Shown here piece after piece: positions 1 through 12,962 of a DNA stretch of 64,000 nt. Under the pieces are notes generated by a model. The model ran no database searches and was not told where the DNA came from. It was given only the letters and a program-made list of their open reading frames with translations. The position numbers and the translations under genes are program-made. Location of the stretch: contig MU058004.1 of the NCBI GenBank assembly GCA_013265495.1, positions 248,001 to 312,000 of the forward strand, written 5' to 3'. Positions within the stretch are counted from its first letter, which is position 1. The number at the start of each line of letters is the position of its first letter. This stretch comes from Vicugna vicugna (taxonomy: Eukaryota).

Positions 1-278
1 GGTCGAGTGAGGAGGCAGAGCAGCTGTTTCAGGGAACACGCTCACGGGCTGGCCTCCCGCGACCCCGCACCGCGTGTCCTCATCAACACCAACGTCGCCA
101 GGTACAAAGGCTCCTGGGGGAAACTGTGCGGTTTATGGCTCTGGGATTTCGGTTATAAAAGTGACAACTAAACGAGCACACGGAACGTACGAGCTGCTCG
201 ACAGCAACTCCGAAAACGCATCTCTGCTCTCATGACCTCTCTGCCTGGGGAAGGGGGCCGGGCGGGGTCGGACGCCTA

Positions 279-740
<462 letters not shown>

Positions 741-1645
741 TCACGGTCTGGCGGGCAGAGTGCAGCCGAGGAGCCGCACCCACAGCGGCTCGGCACTCCC
801 GGCCCCCGGCCCCCGGCCCCCAGCCGGTCTCCACTCCCCAGGTGCACAGGCTGCGGAGGCAGATGGTGTCCGGGCCGGGAGAGGCCCGCACAGGCTCAGA
901 CGTGCAGCTGGTGTCGGCTAGCGTTTAAGAGCTGGGGAAACGCCTCCCCAGGGGCGGCCAGCACTCCTGACCGGGGGAAGTGCCCCCTTCAGCCAGGCAG
1001 CAGGACTACCAGTTACAGGAAATGCAGGGCGAGACCCCTGACGTTAGTTTAATGAGCAGGCTGTGAAGCTGGAAGGGCCCTCAGGAGCTCCAGATCTTCA
1101 CCAAAAACCCGAGAGTGGAAGTAAATCGGTAACTTGGAGTGAAGGACCGCGACCCAGCCGCCAGTTACGAGAGGGGCCGTCAGCGGGAATAAGTTCAATT
1201 TCGGAAAAGTGTGTGTTGTCTCCTGAACCGAAATCAGATGCTTACTCATCTGAGTAGGAAAGACACAATGGGACAAGTACGGGTTCTTTCCTGACAGCAC
1301 AGGCACGCAGTCACCTTGGGTGGCGGGTCTGTTCTGGAGCAGCGAGCCCGCCTGCTCAGCAAACCCACCAGGGCAGCAGCGAGCGCACTCGCCGCTGCCG
1401 CCTCGGGGCTGCTGCTCAAGGGCACGCGACACGCAGCACGAGCCCCGCTGGGGCGGACGGGGACGGGGACGGGGACGCGCAGGCCCCCAGTCTGCGCTGC
1501 GTCCCTGACGAAGCCCCGGCCAGCTCTCCACACGCTGCTCCGCCCGAGAGAAACCCCAGGCCCTGAAGTCAGTGGGGGCCGTCCTCGGCCTCCTGCCGCG
1601 GGTGCGTGTCTGTGGCGCACACGCGTGTGCCTAGGGGGCACCTAC

Positions 1646-1719
1646 CATGCTGAGAGGTGTACTCGGGTGCTCGCTGGGCAAGGTTCTGCAGCGCCTTCGC
1701 CGACAACTCCCGGATGACC
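1646..1719 (-). CDS. TBCD: TBCD coding exon (exon 19 equivalent), 74 nt
   Basis: ccgcag|GGTCATC...CAGCATG|gtaggt; encodes (G)VIRELSAKALQNLAQRAPEYTSQH(V). Confidence 0.95.
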
Positions 1720-2721
1720 CTGCGGGAGGAAGAACCGTGAGCTCCCCGTTTCGAGGATCCTCTATTAGTTCAACCACAAAGAGAGGACAGTGCAGGCAAG
1801 CTGTCCACAGGCCACTTAGTCAACCACCAACGAAAACAAACACACAAATGCACGGACGAGTAAGAACCACTGCCTGTCACACGTGAGGGACAGAACTTAC
1901 CAAGAGGACGCACCTCATGCAAGCCTGCCTCAGGACGCAGCTGACACCTCCATGCAGCTGGAGGCAAAGTGCGTCCCCACCCCTGCCCCCCAGGGGTGCA
2001 GCAACGCGAGTGCGGAGAGCGGGCCACAGTCCGCGTGGCCCCACATGACACACAGTAGGCCACGTCACATCGGCACAAATGTTTCCAACCAACACCCAGC
2101 TGCCAAGTTCTTCACACAGAACAGAAGGGGGACCCCAGGACCAGTCACTGAGGCCCCCAGTGCCCTCCCAAGCCTGACAGGGGTCAGATAGGGTCTGACA
2201 AACCTTGAGCCCCTCCTGGCACGAGAATTCAGGAGGCGCTGCCGCGAGTTCCAGGAGGTAGTCACCTCCCCAAGGGAACAGACCAGGACAGAGAGAAGCA
2301 GGCAAGGGGTGGCTGCACGCCGGTCGCCGTACGGTCCAGGCATACGCGCCCCAGACAGCAGCACATGGAGGATGGGCGCACCGCCGCGGCAGGAGACCCC
2401 GCCTCCTGTGCCTGCCCAGGCACCTCGACGCCCCCAGACCCAGCTTAGGCGTCTGCTTCCGAGAGAAGCGTCCAGCTCTTCAAGACAGGGAGGTCTTGGT
2501 GCCAACAGCCCACTCAGGAAGCCACTTCTGAAGACCGAGCGACCAGGCCTCCAGCAGAGAAAGCCTCGCGGCCGCCAAGACAGCAGCTCCCCTGGCCGGC
2601 TGAGCCACAAGCGCCCCAGTTAGCGCCCTCTGGGCGGGCCTCCTCTCTCTGAAAATACCCTATCGCCTACATGTCGGTGCGCCTCTGGGCGAGAGCCTCT
2701 TTTCTCTTTAAGAACATCCTG

Positions 2722-4085
2722 TCACCTAAAACCATGAAACTCTCGAAGAAACCAAAGGGGATCAGCTTTGTGATGAGAACTGGCCATGATTTTTTTGGCT
2801 ATGGCACCAAAAGCACAGGCAACAAAAGTAAAAATACAGACACTGATGACAGATGAACAACAGGAAAACAGGAGACAGCAAATGTAAGACTTCTGTGCCC
2901 CAGAGGGCAGGGTCTACAGTGAAAAGGCACCTACGAAACGGGAGAAAATGTCTGCAGGCCACGTGCCTGGTACGGGAGCAGCACCCAGGACACACGGAGA
3001 CTTACAACCCAACGAAACAACGAAAATCAAGGAACTGGATTCAAAATGGGCAAAGGACCTGAGACATCTCTCCAGAGATGACACACAGGCGGCCACCAGG
3101 CACGTGAGGAGGGGCCCAGCAGGGACGCGCAGTGAGGGGTCTGCCACCCGAAACCCATTCAGAGCGATGCCAGAAAGCAGCAGGGGGTAACAAGTGCTGG
3201 TGAGGACGCGGAGAAACCGGAATCCTCGAGGTGAAAAGGCACCTACGAAACGGGAGAAAATGTCTGCAGGCCAGGCCACGTGCCTGGTACGGGAGCAGCA
3301 CCCAGGACACACGGAGACTTACAACCCAACGAAACAACGAAAATCAAGGAACTGGATTCAAAATGGGCAAAGGACCTGAGACATCTCTCCAGAGACGACA
3401 CACAGGCAGCCACCAGGCACGTGAGGAGGGGCCCAGCAGGGACGCGCGGTGAGGGGTCTGCCACCCGAAACCCATTTAGAGCGATGCCAGAAAGCAGCAG
3501 GGGGTAACAAGTGCTGGTGAGGACGCGGAGAAACCGGAATCCTCGAGTGTCGCTGCTCGGAATGTAAAATGGTGCAGCCGTCATGAAAAACAGTATGGTT
3601 TTTGAAATGAAAAACAGAACTCAGCAGTCCCGCTTCTGGGAATACCCCCAAAGAACTGAAAGCCGGGTCTCGAAGAGATGTTTGTGCACCACGTTCACAG
3701 CAGCACTTGTCACAAAGGCTAAGATGGGGACGCAGTGCGCGTGCCCCTTGATGCAGGAGCCTATCAGTGGTGCGGTCCAGCCCCGCTGGGACAGTGCTCA
3801 GCCATAAAAAGGGAGGAAACCGTGGCATAGGCTGCAGCGGGGTGGATGCTGAGGACCCTACGCCGAGTGACCAAAGCTCGGCTCCTTAGGACTCCGCCGG
3901 AGATGGCAAGAGGAGCCGGTCACAAAGACAGAAAGGACGAGGGGCTGCAGGGCAGGGGTCAGCGCTCACCGGGGACGCTCAACTGGGGAGCTCCAGTTCT
4001 GCGAGAGGAAGCCGTGCAGGGCACGGCCGCGCAGGACGCGCTCGGAAAGCGGCCGAGGTAGGCGTTCTGTGCGCCTTGCCACAGT
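2722..4085 (+). mobile_element. Ancient L1 (L1M-type) ORF2 3' end and 3' UTR remnant, containing a 312-bp internal tandem duplication
   Basis: Degenerate L1 landmarks: aaaatgggcaaaggacctga, aacaagtgctggtgaggacgcggagaaa, gtaaaatggtgcagcc, cagccataaaaagggaggaa. Confidence 0.8.
2919..3547. repeat. Tandem duplication, two copies (2919-3230 and 3231-3547)
   Basis: Direct comparison shows 4 transitions plus a 5-nt caggc duplication in copy 2. Confidence 0.95.
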
Positions 4086-5040
4086 CAGACAGATCTCACT
4101 CGTGTTCATCTTGACACGTACGTTGTTCGGGGTGAGTACGTCTAACGATCAGAAAGTGTTCGAAAAGAAACCCAAGACAACGGACCAGTGCCGCTGAAAA
4201 GTGTACTCTCAAAGCAAACGGCACCGACCAGTGAAGGATGTTTGTGCAGAATTCCCTAGCGCTCCCCACGCCCCGCGAGCCACACGTTCACCGGGAAACT
4301 GAAGCGACCCGCTCGTGAACGCTGGGCACGTATCTCCTCACGGATATAGTCCAGGTCAAAACCAGAGAAAGGCAGAAATATCCACCTCTGAAGAGTCCTG
4401 AGATAACGAGGTCGTAACGGTATTCTGCGCATCCTGGCCTTCGAGAAGACGCAGCCGTGCTGGCGTGAGGAGCTTCAAACCTGACCGCGGGGGGGACCAG
4501 GCGGCGCTCCCCTCCACCCCGAACACTTCAGCTGAAACACACTGCCGCGCGTGAGGAGGAACATCTCGCAAGCCAGGATTCTGGACACAGAGCCTCAGGC
4601 TACACACAGCCTCAAGCGCTTCACCCCTCGGAGCCTCCAAGGGGCTGCACGTGCACAGTGCTGTTCCGGCCCAGACACCGGCCCTGCCCTGAGACCTGTT
4701 CACCGCCTGGGAAGTGCGCAGACCCCTTGAAGCAGCTGCGTCATCAGGGCAGAGCGACAAGGCCGCTCGGCGCAGGGGGACTGAGGCTCCTGCAAGCGCA
4801 GGTCCTCGTCCTGAGGGGCTGCCCGCCCGCCCTCGCCAGGGACAGACCACTGACCACACAGCCAGCCTGAACACTGGGACTTACGCTGCTTCTCAGAAGT
4901 CACCTTAAACATGAAACCTACAATGACAAAACATACTCAAGGCTTACAAGTGCAATTTAATTTCCCCTTTGGGGAAAACAAGTCAGAATTTCTGTGTGAC
5001 AGGAAGTCCACGTAGGTGGACAAGCAGAGACACAAACCTA

Positions 5041-5169
<129 letters not shown>

Positions 5170-5679
5170 TCACGCTGCCTGAGAGGCTGCGAAACGGGAG
5201 GACTACTTTCAAAAGCAGTTCGGCAGCTTCTTTTTACAAAGACACAGAAATCCCCTTGTGAGCGTCTGTCCAGGCACACACTTCGCACGTGCATCCCCGT
5301 AAAGACTCCTAAATAAACGTGCAAGCAGAACATCTTACTCATCAGAGCCCGAAACTCTAAACTACCTCAGTGTCTAGAGCAGGCGGACTCTCAGGCAGAC
5401 AAGCAGGACGGAAGCGGAGTGCTCGGGACCACCGCGCCGAGGGAAAGGCCCCGAAGCAAGGGGCCCTGCCTCCTGGCCCCGCTGGCGAGATGTCCCACAG
5501 AGGGTGTCCGACAGCGGGGCCCCCACGTCTCGGCAGGGGTGCTGGCTACCCCACGGGTGTGCGGCCAGCACTCGCGGAGCTGCCCGCTTCACGCACGGAC
5601 GGTTGACGGAACGTAACTACGCCTTAAAGTTACATCTCGTGAAAATACCATAGGAGGAAAAAAATAATCTCCAAGCTGG

Positions 5680-6130
5680 ACAGGCCTTTCTAATTATGAC
5701 TCAAAACTCAGGAGCCAAAAGAGACTGGCACATCCCAACACGTAACAACAACATCAAAATGCTTCCAGGAAAAGCACACTATAAAAAAGCCAAAACTACC
5801 GGCAAACGGTATCATCAAGGAGAGACTTCTTTAAAATGAAGGAGTCCTTTAAGATCAATAAAAAATACCCTCGCCCAGTAGACAGTCATCAACACTCACA
5901 GAAAAGAGAGACACAGCTCGGTCAGCCTCCCCCAGTGGGAAACGGAACGAGGGCCTCTGTCCGCCGGTCAGACTGTCCGACAGCCACGGCGGGGGTTACA
6001 GCCGCCGCCGGGAGCCTGGAGACAGCGCTGCCCTGGAAACCGGAAACGCAGCCCCCCTGGCCAGCGACCCCACTCTTGTCAGTCACCCGGACGCAGCCAC
6101 ACGGGTGAGAAGATGCACAAACTCCAACCT
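5680..6130 (+). mobile_element. Degenerate L1 ORF2-end fragment
   Basis: aggcctttctaattatgactcaaaactcaggagccaaaagaga and tttaagatcaataaaaaatacc resemble L1ME/L1MC consensus; highly diverged. Confidence 0.5.
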
Positions 6131-6275
6131 CACACCGCTTTACAGCAAAGGCTGGACGAAGCCAGTGGCAGGAGGAGGGTCTGCAGGTCACACTGCGTCC
6201 AGGAAGGGAGCGCAGGCGTGCGCGGGGCAGCGTGCGCAGAGCCGCCTCCCCCTTTCCCGGCGGGGTGTCCCGACA

Positions 6276-6707
6276 CAGGCAGACCTCGCTGCGCTCTGCG
6301 CACACTGAGGTCTGAGGCAGCCCCGCGCCGAGCTTGCCCCCCCCTTTCCCAGCAGCACTTGCTCACTCTGTGTCTGTGTCACATTCTGGCAATTCTTCGA
6401 TATGTCAGTTCTTCAGCGTTATGATGCGCTACGGTGACCCAGGGTCAGTGATCTCAGACGTCACTACTGCGACTCCCTGAAGACTCAGGTGATGGTTGGC
6501 ATTTTTTACCAATGAAGTATTTTAAACTAAGGTGTGCTCACTGCCCGTGTAGACATAACGTGACTGCAGTCTCGGCAGACCGCAGCAGCGTAAACACAAC
6601 CTTCGTGCGCACCGGGGAGCGGCCAGCTCCAGGACTCGCTTTAATGCGGCACCTGGCTTACAGTGGTGTTCTGGGCCCGAACCCACAACACCCCCAAGGA
6701 CCCTCTA
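6276..6707 (+). mobile_element. Tigger1-derived non-autonomous DNA transposon (Tigger1a-like internal deletion)
   Basis: Left end caggcagacctcg resembles Tigger1 CAGGCATACCTCG. Internal ttgctcactctgtgtctgtgtcacattctggcaattc and gaagactcaggtgatggttggcattttt. Right end gactcgctttaatgcg...ctgggcccgaacccacaac resembles the Tigger1 3' terminus. Confidence 0.8.
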
Positions 6708-8344
6708 CTGACACGCACCGAAGGTGTTCCGACCTGCCGTGCGCACCACTCCGTGTGGGCAGAAGGAAGGCAGCCAGCACACCCGATCTCTCGGGAAGAC
6801 ACAAGAACCTGGGGATAGCGGGGACCTGGGGGGAGAGGTGAGATGGACTGGTTTTCCCTAAATGCCTCCTGCACCTTCTGAATTTTAGACCAGGCACGTG
6901 TACCACTTCCACATCTTCTGAACCTGCCCCATCCTCACCCACAGAGCCCCGCCGTGACGTGACCGTCACCCACATGCTACAGGTGGGGCAGAGACAGGGT
7001 GGATGGCACAGCCAGCCAGGGAGCGTAAGGTCCAACCCCACCCAAGCCATGGGTGGGCACACAGTGTGCACACAGGGTGAACGCGGGCGGGGGCGCATAT
7101 GCTGCGGGCGGGGGCGCACATGCTGCAGGCGTGAGCGCTGGGGGAGCTGAGCCAGGCACGCGAGCACCAGAAAAGCAGGGGCTTCTCCAGAAGCGGTGGG
7201 ACTAAGACCGAGTCAGAAGGAAAAACAGAAAAGTCAGGAGAGGGAACACACTGCCGGAGTTCTGGAAACAGAGGAGCCGAGACGTGACCCCTGATCCCAA
7301 GTAACCTGCCAGCCTGGCACCACCCAACAGACCCCTGCCCTGGCCGGTGGCCCAGAGCCGCGAGGAGTCCAGGAAAGCAGGCAGGGAAGCCGGTGGCCTC
7401 GAGGCAAGAAGCAGACGGAGGCCAGCTGGAGAGCTCCAGTCCCAGCCCTGCACCAACAGGGGCGGACCCTGGAGAAAGCGCGGACGGAACCCCCAGCCCA
7501 GGCGGGTCTGTGCCCTGGCCTAGTGTGAAGCGGGGGGGCGTCCGCCACAGGGCGGAGGATGCTGGGGACCCAGGGGGTGCATGGCTGCGGGCAGTGGGAG
7601 GGGTCGGGGCGCGGCAGCCAGGAGGCATGGCCCATCCTGCGCCCAGACCAGTGAGGGCTCATATGGACAGTGAGGGCTGGCAGGGGTGACGGCGGAGCGG
7701 AGAAGCAGAGTGGACGTTTGAGGGCCGCTAGGGACACAGAAGTGACAGAACTAGGTCAGTGCCAGATGCGGGAGCGAGAGGAGGAGAAGCAAGCAGCTGG
7801 CCAAGTGGACGGCGTCCTGTCGCTGAGTCAGGAAGAAGGAACGTTCACGTTGCGGTTTCCCTAGTTTGAAGAACTTACAGGACAGGAAAGCGCAAAATGA
7901 CTGGAAAGCAAAACAACGACAAAACGCATCTTCAGACGGACACACAGGATTGCAGATGCCGCAACCAGCTCAGGAGACTCAAAAGCCACACGGCGTGAAG
8001 GGCGGCCAGCACACCCGTCACCCCATGAGAAGCGAGACCGCCTGCACTCCCTCATCCAAATCCCGGGAGCCCCACCGCCACCGGCGGGAGCGCGGAGAAC
8101 CGCCACCAGACCGTGCGCCACGGGGTTCCCGGAGAGCCACGCACCACAGGGTTCCCGCAAATTCTAGGGACAGAGGGGGCTCAGAGGCCGTCAGGGCTGA
8201 AGCACGAGACCTCCTGGCGGGACGGAAAGCACCCCGTGCTGACAGCAGCACTGGTTTTGCATCTGCCAGAATCCACGCTGCAAGTCAGTGGATTTTACTG
8301 TATGTGAATCACATGTAATAAGTAGGTGAACAAAAACGAAGTTG

Positions 8345-8830
8345 ATCTTTAACAAAAGGTTCTGCTGAGGAACGTGCAGGACACGGAAAGGCCAAGCCAC
8401 CGACGAGGAGACACCCCGCACGTGACGCGCCTGAGAAAGGACCTGTGTCCAGAGCATGGGAAGAACCTGCAAATGCTCAGCAAGAAGACTAGCCCAGCAG
8501 GCAGACAGGTGACGATCGGCCAGACGAGCCGCGCGCGGCGCACGGCGTCCCCGGTCCTCAGAACGCTGCCACAGGGCGCCTCTGCCCACCGGCCAGAAGG
8601 GAGAAGACCAGACGGACGCCAGAAGGCCTGGCGGGGACGTGGGGCAGCGTGCGGCCACTCCGCAAAACCACCGGACACGGCTTACACGGTCAGGGCCCAG
8701 CCATCCCACTCCTGGGTGTTCACCCGGGTAACGGAAGCACATCCACAGACAGACAGGCTCGCAGAGGGGACAGCCTGCATGTCCGATGCTCCCGTCTCCC
8801 AGAGGGGCACCCACACGTGGGCCGAGCTCC
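8345..8830 (+). mobile_element. Ancient L1 ORF2 C-terminal remnant, strongly GC-shifted
   Basis: gaaaggccaagccaccgacgaggaga, gagaaaggacctgtgtccagagc and cccagccatcccactcctgggtgttcaccc align by eye to L1M landmarks. Confidence 0.65.
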
Positions 8831-10425
8831 ACTCAGCAGTGCCGTGAGCCCCTTGTGCTCAGCATGTGCCAAGCCGAGCTCCCGGCCTCCCCCAAACCCA
8901 GGCGCTCCTCTCTCACAGGCGCCCCAATACCTCCGCTCTGTGGTCCCCGGGTGCCCTCACCAGGGGACCCAGTCCCTGTGCCCCACCTGTCGCCCCACCT
9001 CCTGAGGGGCCCCGACTATCTCCTTGTTTCCAAGGAGCCACAGGGATAGGTTCAAAGTGCAGATCTGACCATCAAACTGGGTTCCCTGACTCAGGGCACC
9101 CCCAGGCCAGCTCTGGCCCAGAAGCCCCACCGCCTCAGGCTGGGCCTGCTGACTCTGGGCCCTTCCCTGCAGGGCTGCCCACCCCGCCAGGCTCCCTCTG
9201 CAGTTCCCTCTACGCCGCTGTCCCGGTCGACACCAGGACGTGGGGAGAGCCCTGGGCGCTATGGTCATGGTGCAGCCTGGTCCCCACGACCACCTCCTGT
9301 CCACACAAGTGTGAAAACACAGACAACACATCCCACACGAGCCCTTGACCAGCTCGGAGACCTTGGCGACAAGAAAACACATCAGGGCTAAAACCCGTGA
9401 GTTCTTTCACCCGTGAGACTAGGGAAAAGGCGGGAGATTCTCTACATAAAACATGTGTTCAAATATTAACAATTAAAAAATGGAGTTAGAATAGGAAAAA
9501 ACTGTTAAGGCTCAGAAGGCCATTAGGATGTTTAGGAAAGACGGAAAGGATGCCAAAAACAAAGACAGTGTGTTTGGTCAAAGGTTTGACCTCGCCTGGG
9601 AAAGAGACCAAATGCTGCATCTAAAAAAACATCTGCCCACGCTGCTTATGAAGAGATGTGATTTCCGCGTGGTCTGCACAGCGGGGCCGGGGCCCTGCCC
9701 TTACACACGCGATGTTTAACGCCTTAAAAAGAGCACCTCGTGTTCTTGCCTCGGCTGAAGGCAAGTCAGCCCCTCGGAAACCCAGCGCTGCAGCGGCTGC
9801 CGATGCCCAGAGGGCCCTGCCCCCTCGTGCGCCACGGGACCTGCAGCTCTGGCATGACCTCTGCGCCCGCCGTCAAGGACATCAGGGATGCGGGGTGCTC
9901 ATCCCTTGGCCTGACTTCTCGAACACCTGCTCCACACTCCTCTCACACACGAGCCAGAGGGCACTCCAACTCGGGGAGACCGCTGTACCGGAGCCGGGAA
10001 GGAGGCACAGATTCCACCTGGGTGGCGCCACGCCCTCGTGACCCGCTGGAGCAGCGGCCGCGCAGGATGCAACGCTCAGTGGGTCCCGTGAGACCAGGCC
10101 CTCGACAGAAACGGCTGGCGAAGAGGCCGATTTGAGAGAAAAGCAGCTGCTCCGGAAAGTGCCCTGAAACCGTCTGCGCCTGTTAGGAACGGAGCACGCT
10201 TCCCAGGAGCAGACCCTGCGCCCGGCCCACGCGCACTTCGTGAAGCTGCGTGCTCTGTGCACCCAGCGGGAGGCAAAAGCTCGAGACCGTTCCCAATTCC
10301 GCTTTTAACTCTTCCCGTACAAATTGTATTTCCTCTCAGTGGACCTTCTAGGATGAAGAAACCGAACGGTGGAAGTTGTCTGACTCAAAAAAAAAAGCAC
10401 ATTTTACGACGACTATTAAAGCTTA

Positions 10426-10680
<255 letters not shown>

Positions 10681-12166
10681 TCAGGGCCAGTCTCCTGCCT
10701 GCCTCTCCGGCTGCACTGGGCTAAAGCGACCCGAATCACTTAGAAGATTTTTTTCAAAGAACTCAAACATTTTAACTTTAAAATGTTGTAAGAGGCCTTT
10801 CTTTAAACCACACACCATAAAAAGACACGTTTCAGCAGAGTTAAAGCTACTGATTTCATTCAAGCCGTGCCCCACCAGCAGAAGGACCCCGGTGTCCCCA
10901 CCCCCACCCCCGGACAGGCCAGCACCTGCCTGGGCTGTGAACCCAGATGAGAGCCCACCCCCCACGACTGGCAGGACAATGAACAAGGCATCCATAGGGG
11001 CACCATGTGGGGGCCTGGCAGCCAACATCCAGAAGCAGACTCTGAAACGGGGTCAGGAAGCAGCGCCCTCACCCACACCCAGGGACACATCGAATTTCGC
11101 AACTTTTTATTGATACCACCCTCTGGCAACAATATTTGAAAATCTAAAATCAAAATAAATAGTTTTCTAAAAAGACAAAAGACAAACTTTGAGCCGAGGA
11201 GTGAACACCACGCAGCCATCAAGCACGGAGGGCGTAGGGGCCTGGGTCCCGGGCGGCCTTCCTCCCCCTGAGCAAGCATGAAAGGGCAACGCCCACCCCC
11301 CTGGAAGAGAGAGACACACACCGCTAACCTCCCAGCCACCTGCCTGGCTCGCAGGGGCACCAGCTCCCACAACCAGCTCCTGGGTCAAGTGACATATGAA
11401 GAACTGAACCTGGGATCAGACCCCAAACTGTCCCGTGGAACCAGGTGTGTCCCTCACAGACACATCAGCATAGGAGGTTCAGTTCTCAGGTGACACGTAA
11501 GGCCACCATGCCTCCGGACACAGCTCAGTGCAGGGTGGGCCACCACACCGACCACCTCTTTGCTTGCGCTCTCCCAGGCCCACCCTGACTGGCCCGAGGC
11601 TGAGTTAGAGCAAGGCCACCGCGGTCACAGATGTGGCGCCCTCTGCTCCACCACCCAAGCCTGCGCCCCGGCCAGCGCTCAGACGCCTCCAGACTCCCCA
11701 GGCCCTACTCGATCCGGCCACTGGACACGGGAGCGCCACGTCTCCACCCAGATGGCTCGTTGCTGTGGGGAGGGTGAATGGACAGAGGTGCCTTCTGTTC
11801 CAGCAAATCCCCCCAAAGGTTTCTCTGGGAAGCAGAGGCGCCCAAGACCCCAACAGGCTGGAGGAAGCCTGGATGGTGAGGTCAGCCCCCAGCCCCACAC
11901 CCCCCCACCAAATTCCTCCACAACACCTCATCACTTAAGTTGGCCAAAGACAGGCCAGTGCTTGCACCCAGGAGCCCGGAGGACATCCAAGCCCAGGCCA
12001 CGGACCAGCGCCTGCTGGTGACCCTTACTTGCTCTCAGGCCTCCCCACAGCCACCACCCACAGCACCCGCCCTCCCCCCAGGCTCAAATCCTGGCCTGCG
12101 GACCTGACATCCCCACATTCCTCTTCTTGGCGGGCAGCAGCTACTGCCCTGACAGTGCAGCCTATG

Positions 12167-12420
12167 CCCCAGGGGTCAGCCTCCTCCCAGTAAACGGTCC
12201 CCACCCCCGGGATCAGCCTCCCCCAAGTGAACGGTCCCCCCCAGGGGGTCAGCCTCCCCCCGGTGAACGGTCCCCCCCAGGGGGTCAGCCTCCCCCGGGT
12301 GAACGGTCCCCCCCAGGGGGTCAGCCTCCCCCCGGTGAACGGTCCCCCCCAGGGGGTCAGCCTCCCCCGGGTGAACGGTCCCCCCCAGGGGGTCAGCCTC
12401 CCCCGGGTGAACGGTCCCCC
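12167..12420. repeat. 36-bp GC-rich minisatellite, left arm (about 7 units)
   Basis: Unit gtgaacggtcccccccagggggtcagcctccccccg, seen in the ORF track as the GERSPPGGQPPP repeat. Confidence 0.95.
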
Positions 12421-12439
12421 GGCTACTGGCTACTGGCTG

Positions 12440-12815
12440 TTTGTATCATTCACTTATCTATATGACTTCTAGAATCCTCTTGTCAGGTTCTGTTTTTAAA
12501 GAATGAGATTTTAGGCTTGAATAGAATTCATGTTTTAATTTGGGGAGAACTAATATTTTTATATGATTTAAGTTTTCCTATCTAGTAATACAGCATTTCT
12601 TTTTAGTTATTCAGACTTTTCTTCTTTTATTTCCTTTTGCAAAGTTTTCAGTTTTTATCATAGAGTTCTGATAGTTCTCTTGTGTTTATTACAATGCATC
12701 TTATCATTTTTATCATTAAGTAAATGAAGTTCATTTTCATTGGATTTGGCCATTGTATAGGAGTTATTTATTTTTGTATGTTTTTCTTCTATCTGGTCAC
12801 TTTACTGAATTATCT
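12440..12815 (-). mobile_element. AT-rich ancient L1 ORF2 fragment, antisense, inside the minisatellite
   Basis: ttgaatagaattcatgttttaatttggggagaactaatatt and tttttgtatgtttttcttctatctggtcactttactgaatt match the antisense pattern of old L1M ORF2. Confidence 0.7.
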
Positions 12816-12962
12816 CAGGGGGTCAGACACCCCCGGGTGAACGGTCCCCCCCAGGGGGTCAGCCTCCCCCCCGGTGAACGGTCCCCCCCAGGGGGTCAGC
12901 CTCCCCCCGGTGAACGGTCCCCCCCAGGGGGTCAGCCTCCCCCTGGTAAACAGTCACCCTCC
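12816..12962. repeat. 36-bp minisatellite, right arm (about 4 units)
   Basis: Same unit resumes at cagggggtcag and degenerates to ggtaaacagtcaccctcc. Confidence 0.93.

Noticed and set aside
1232-1256. Hairpin tcagatg-cttact-catctga as a small RNA or terminator
   Set aside because: Only a 7-bp stem, expected by chance in 64 kb; too short for a pre-miRNA.
12127-12465. Collagen-like or Pro-rich repeat protein (GERSPPGGQPPP)n
   Set aside because: It is a translation of a 36-bp minisatellite in an intron, with no splice signals or gene context.
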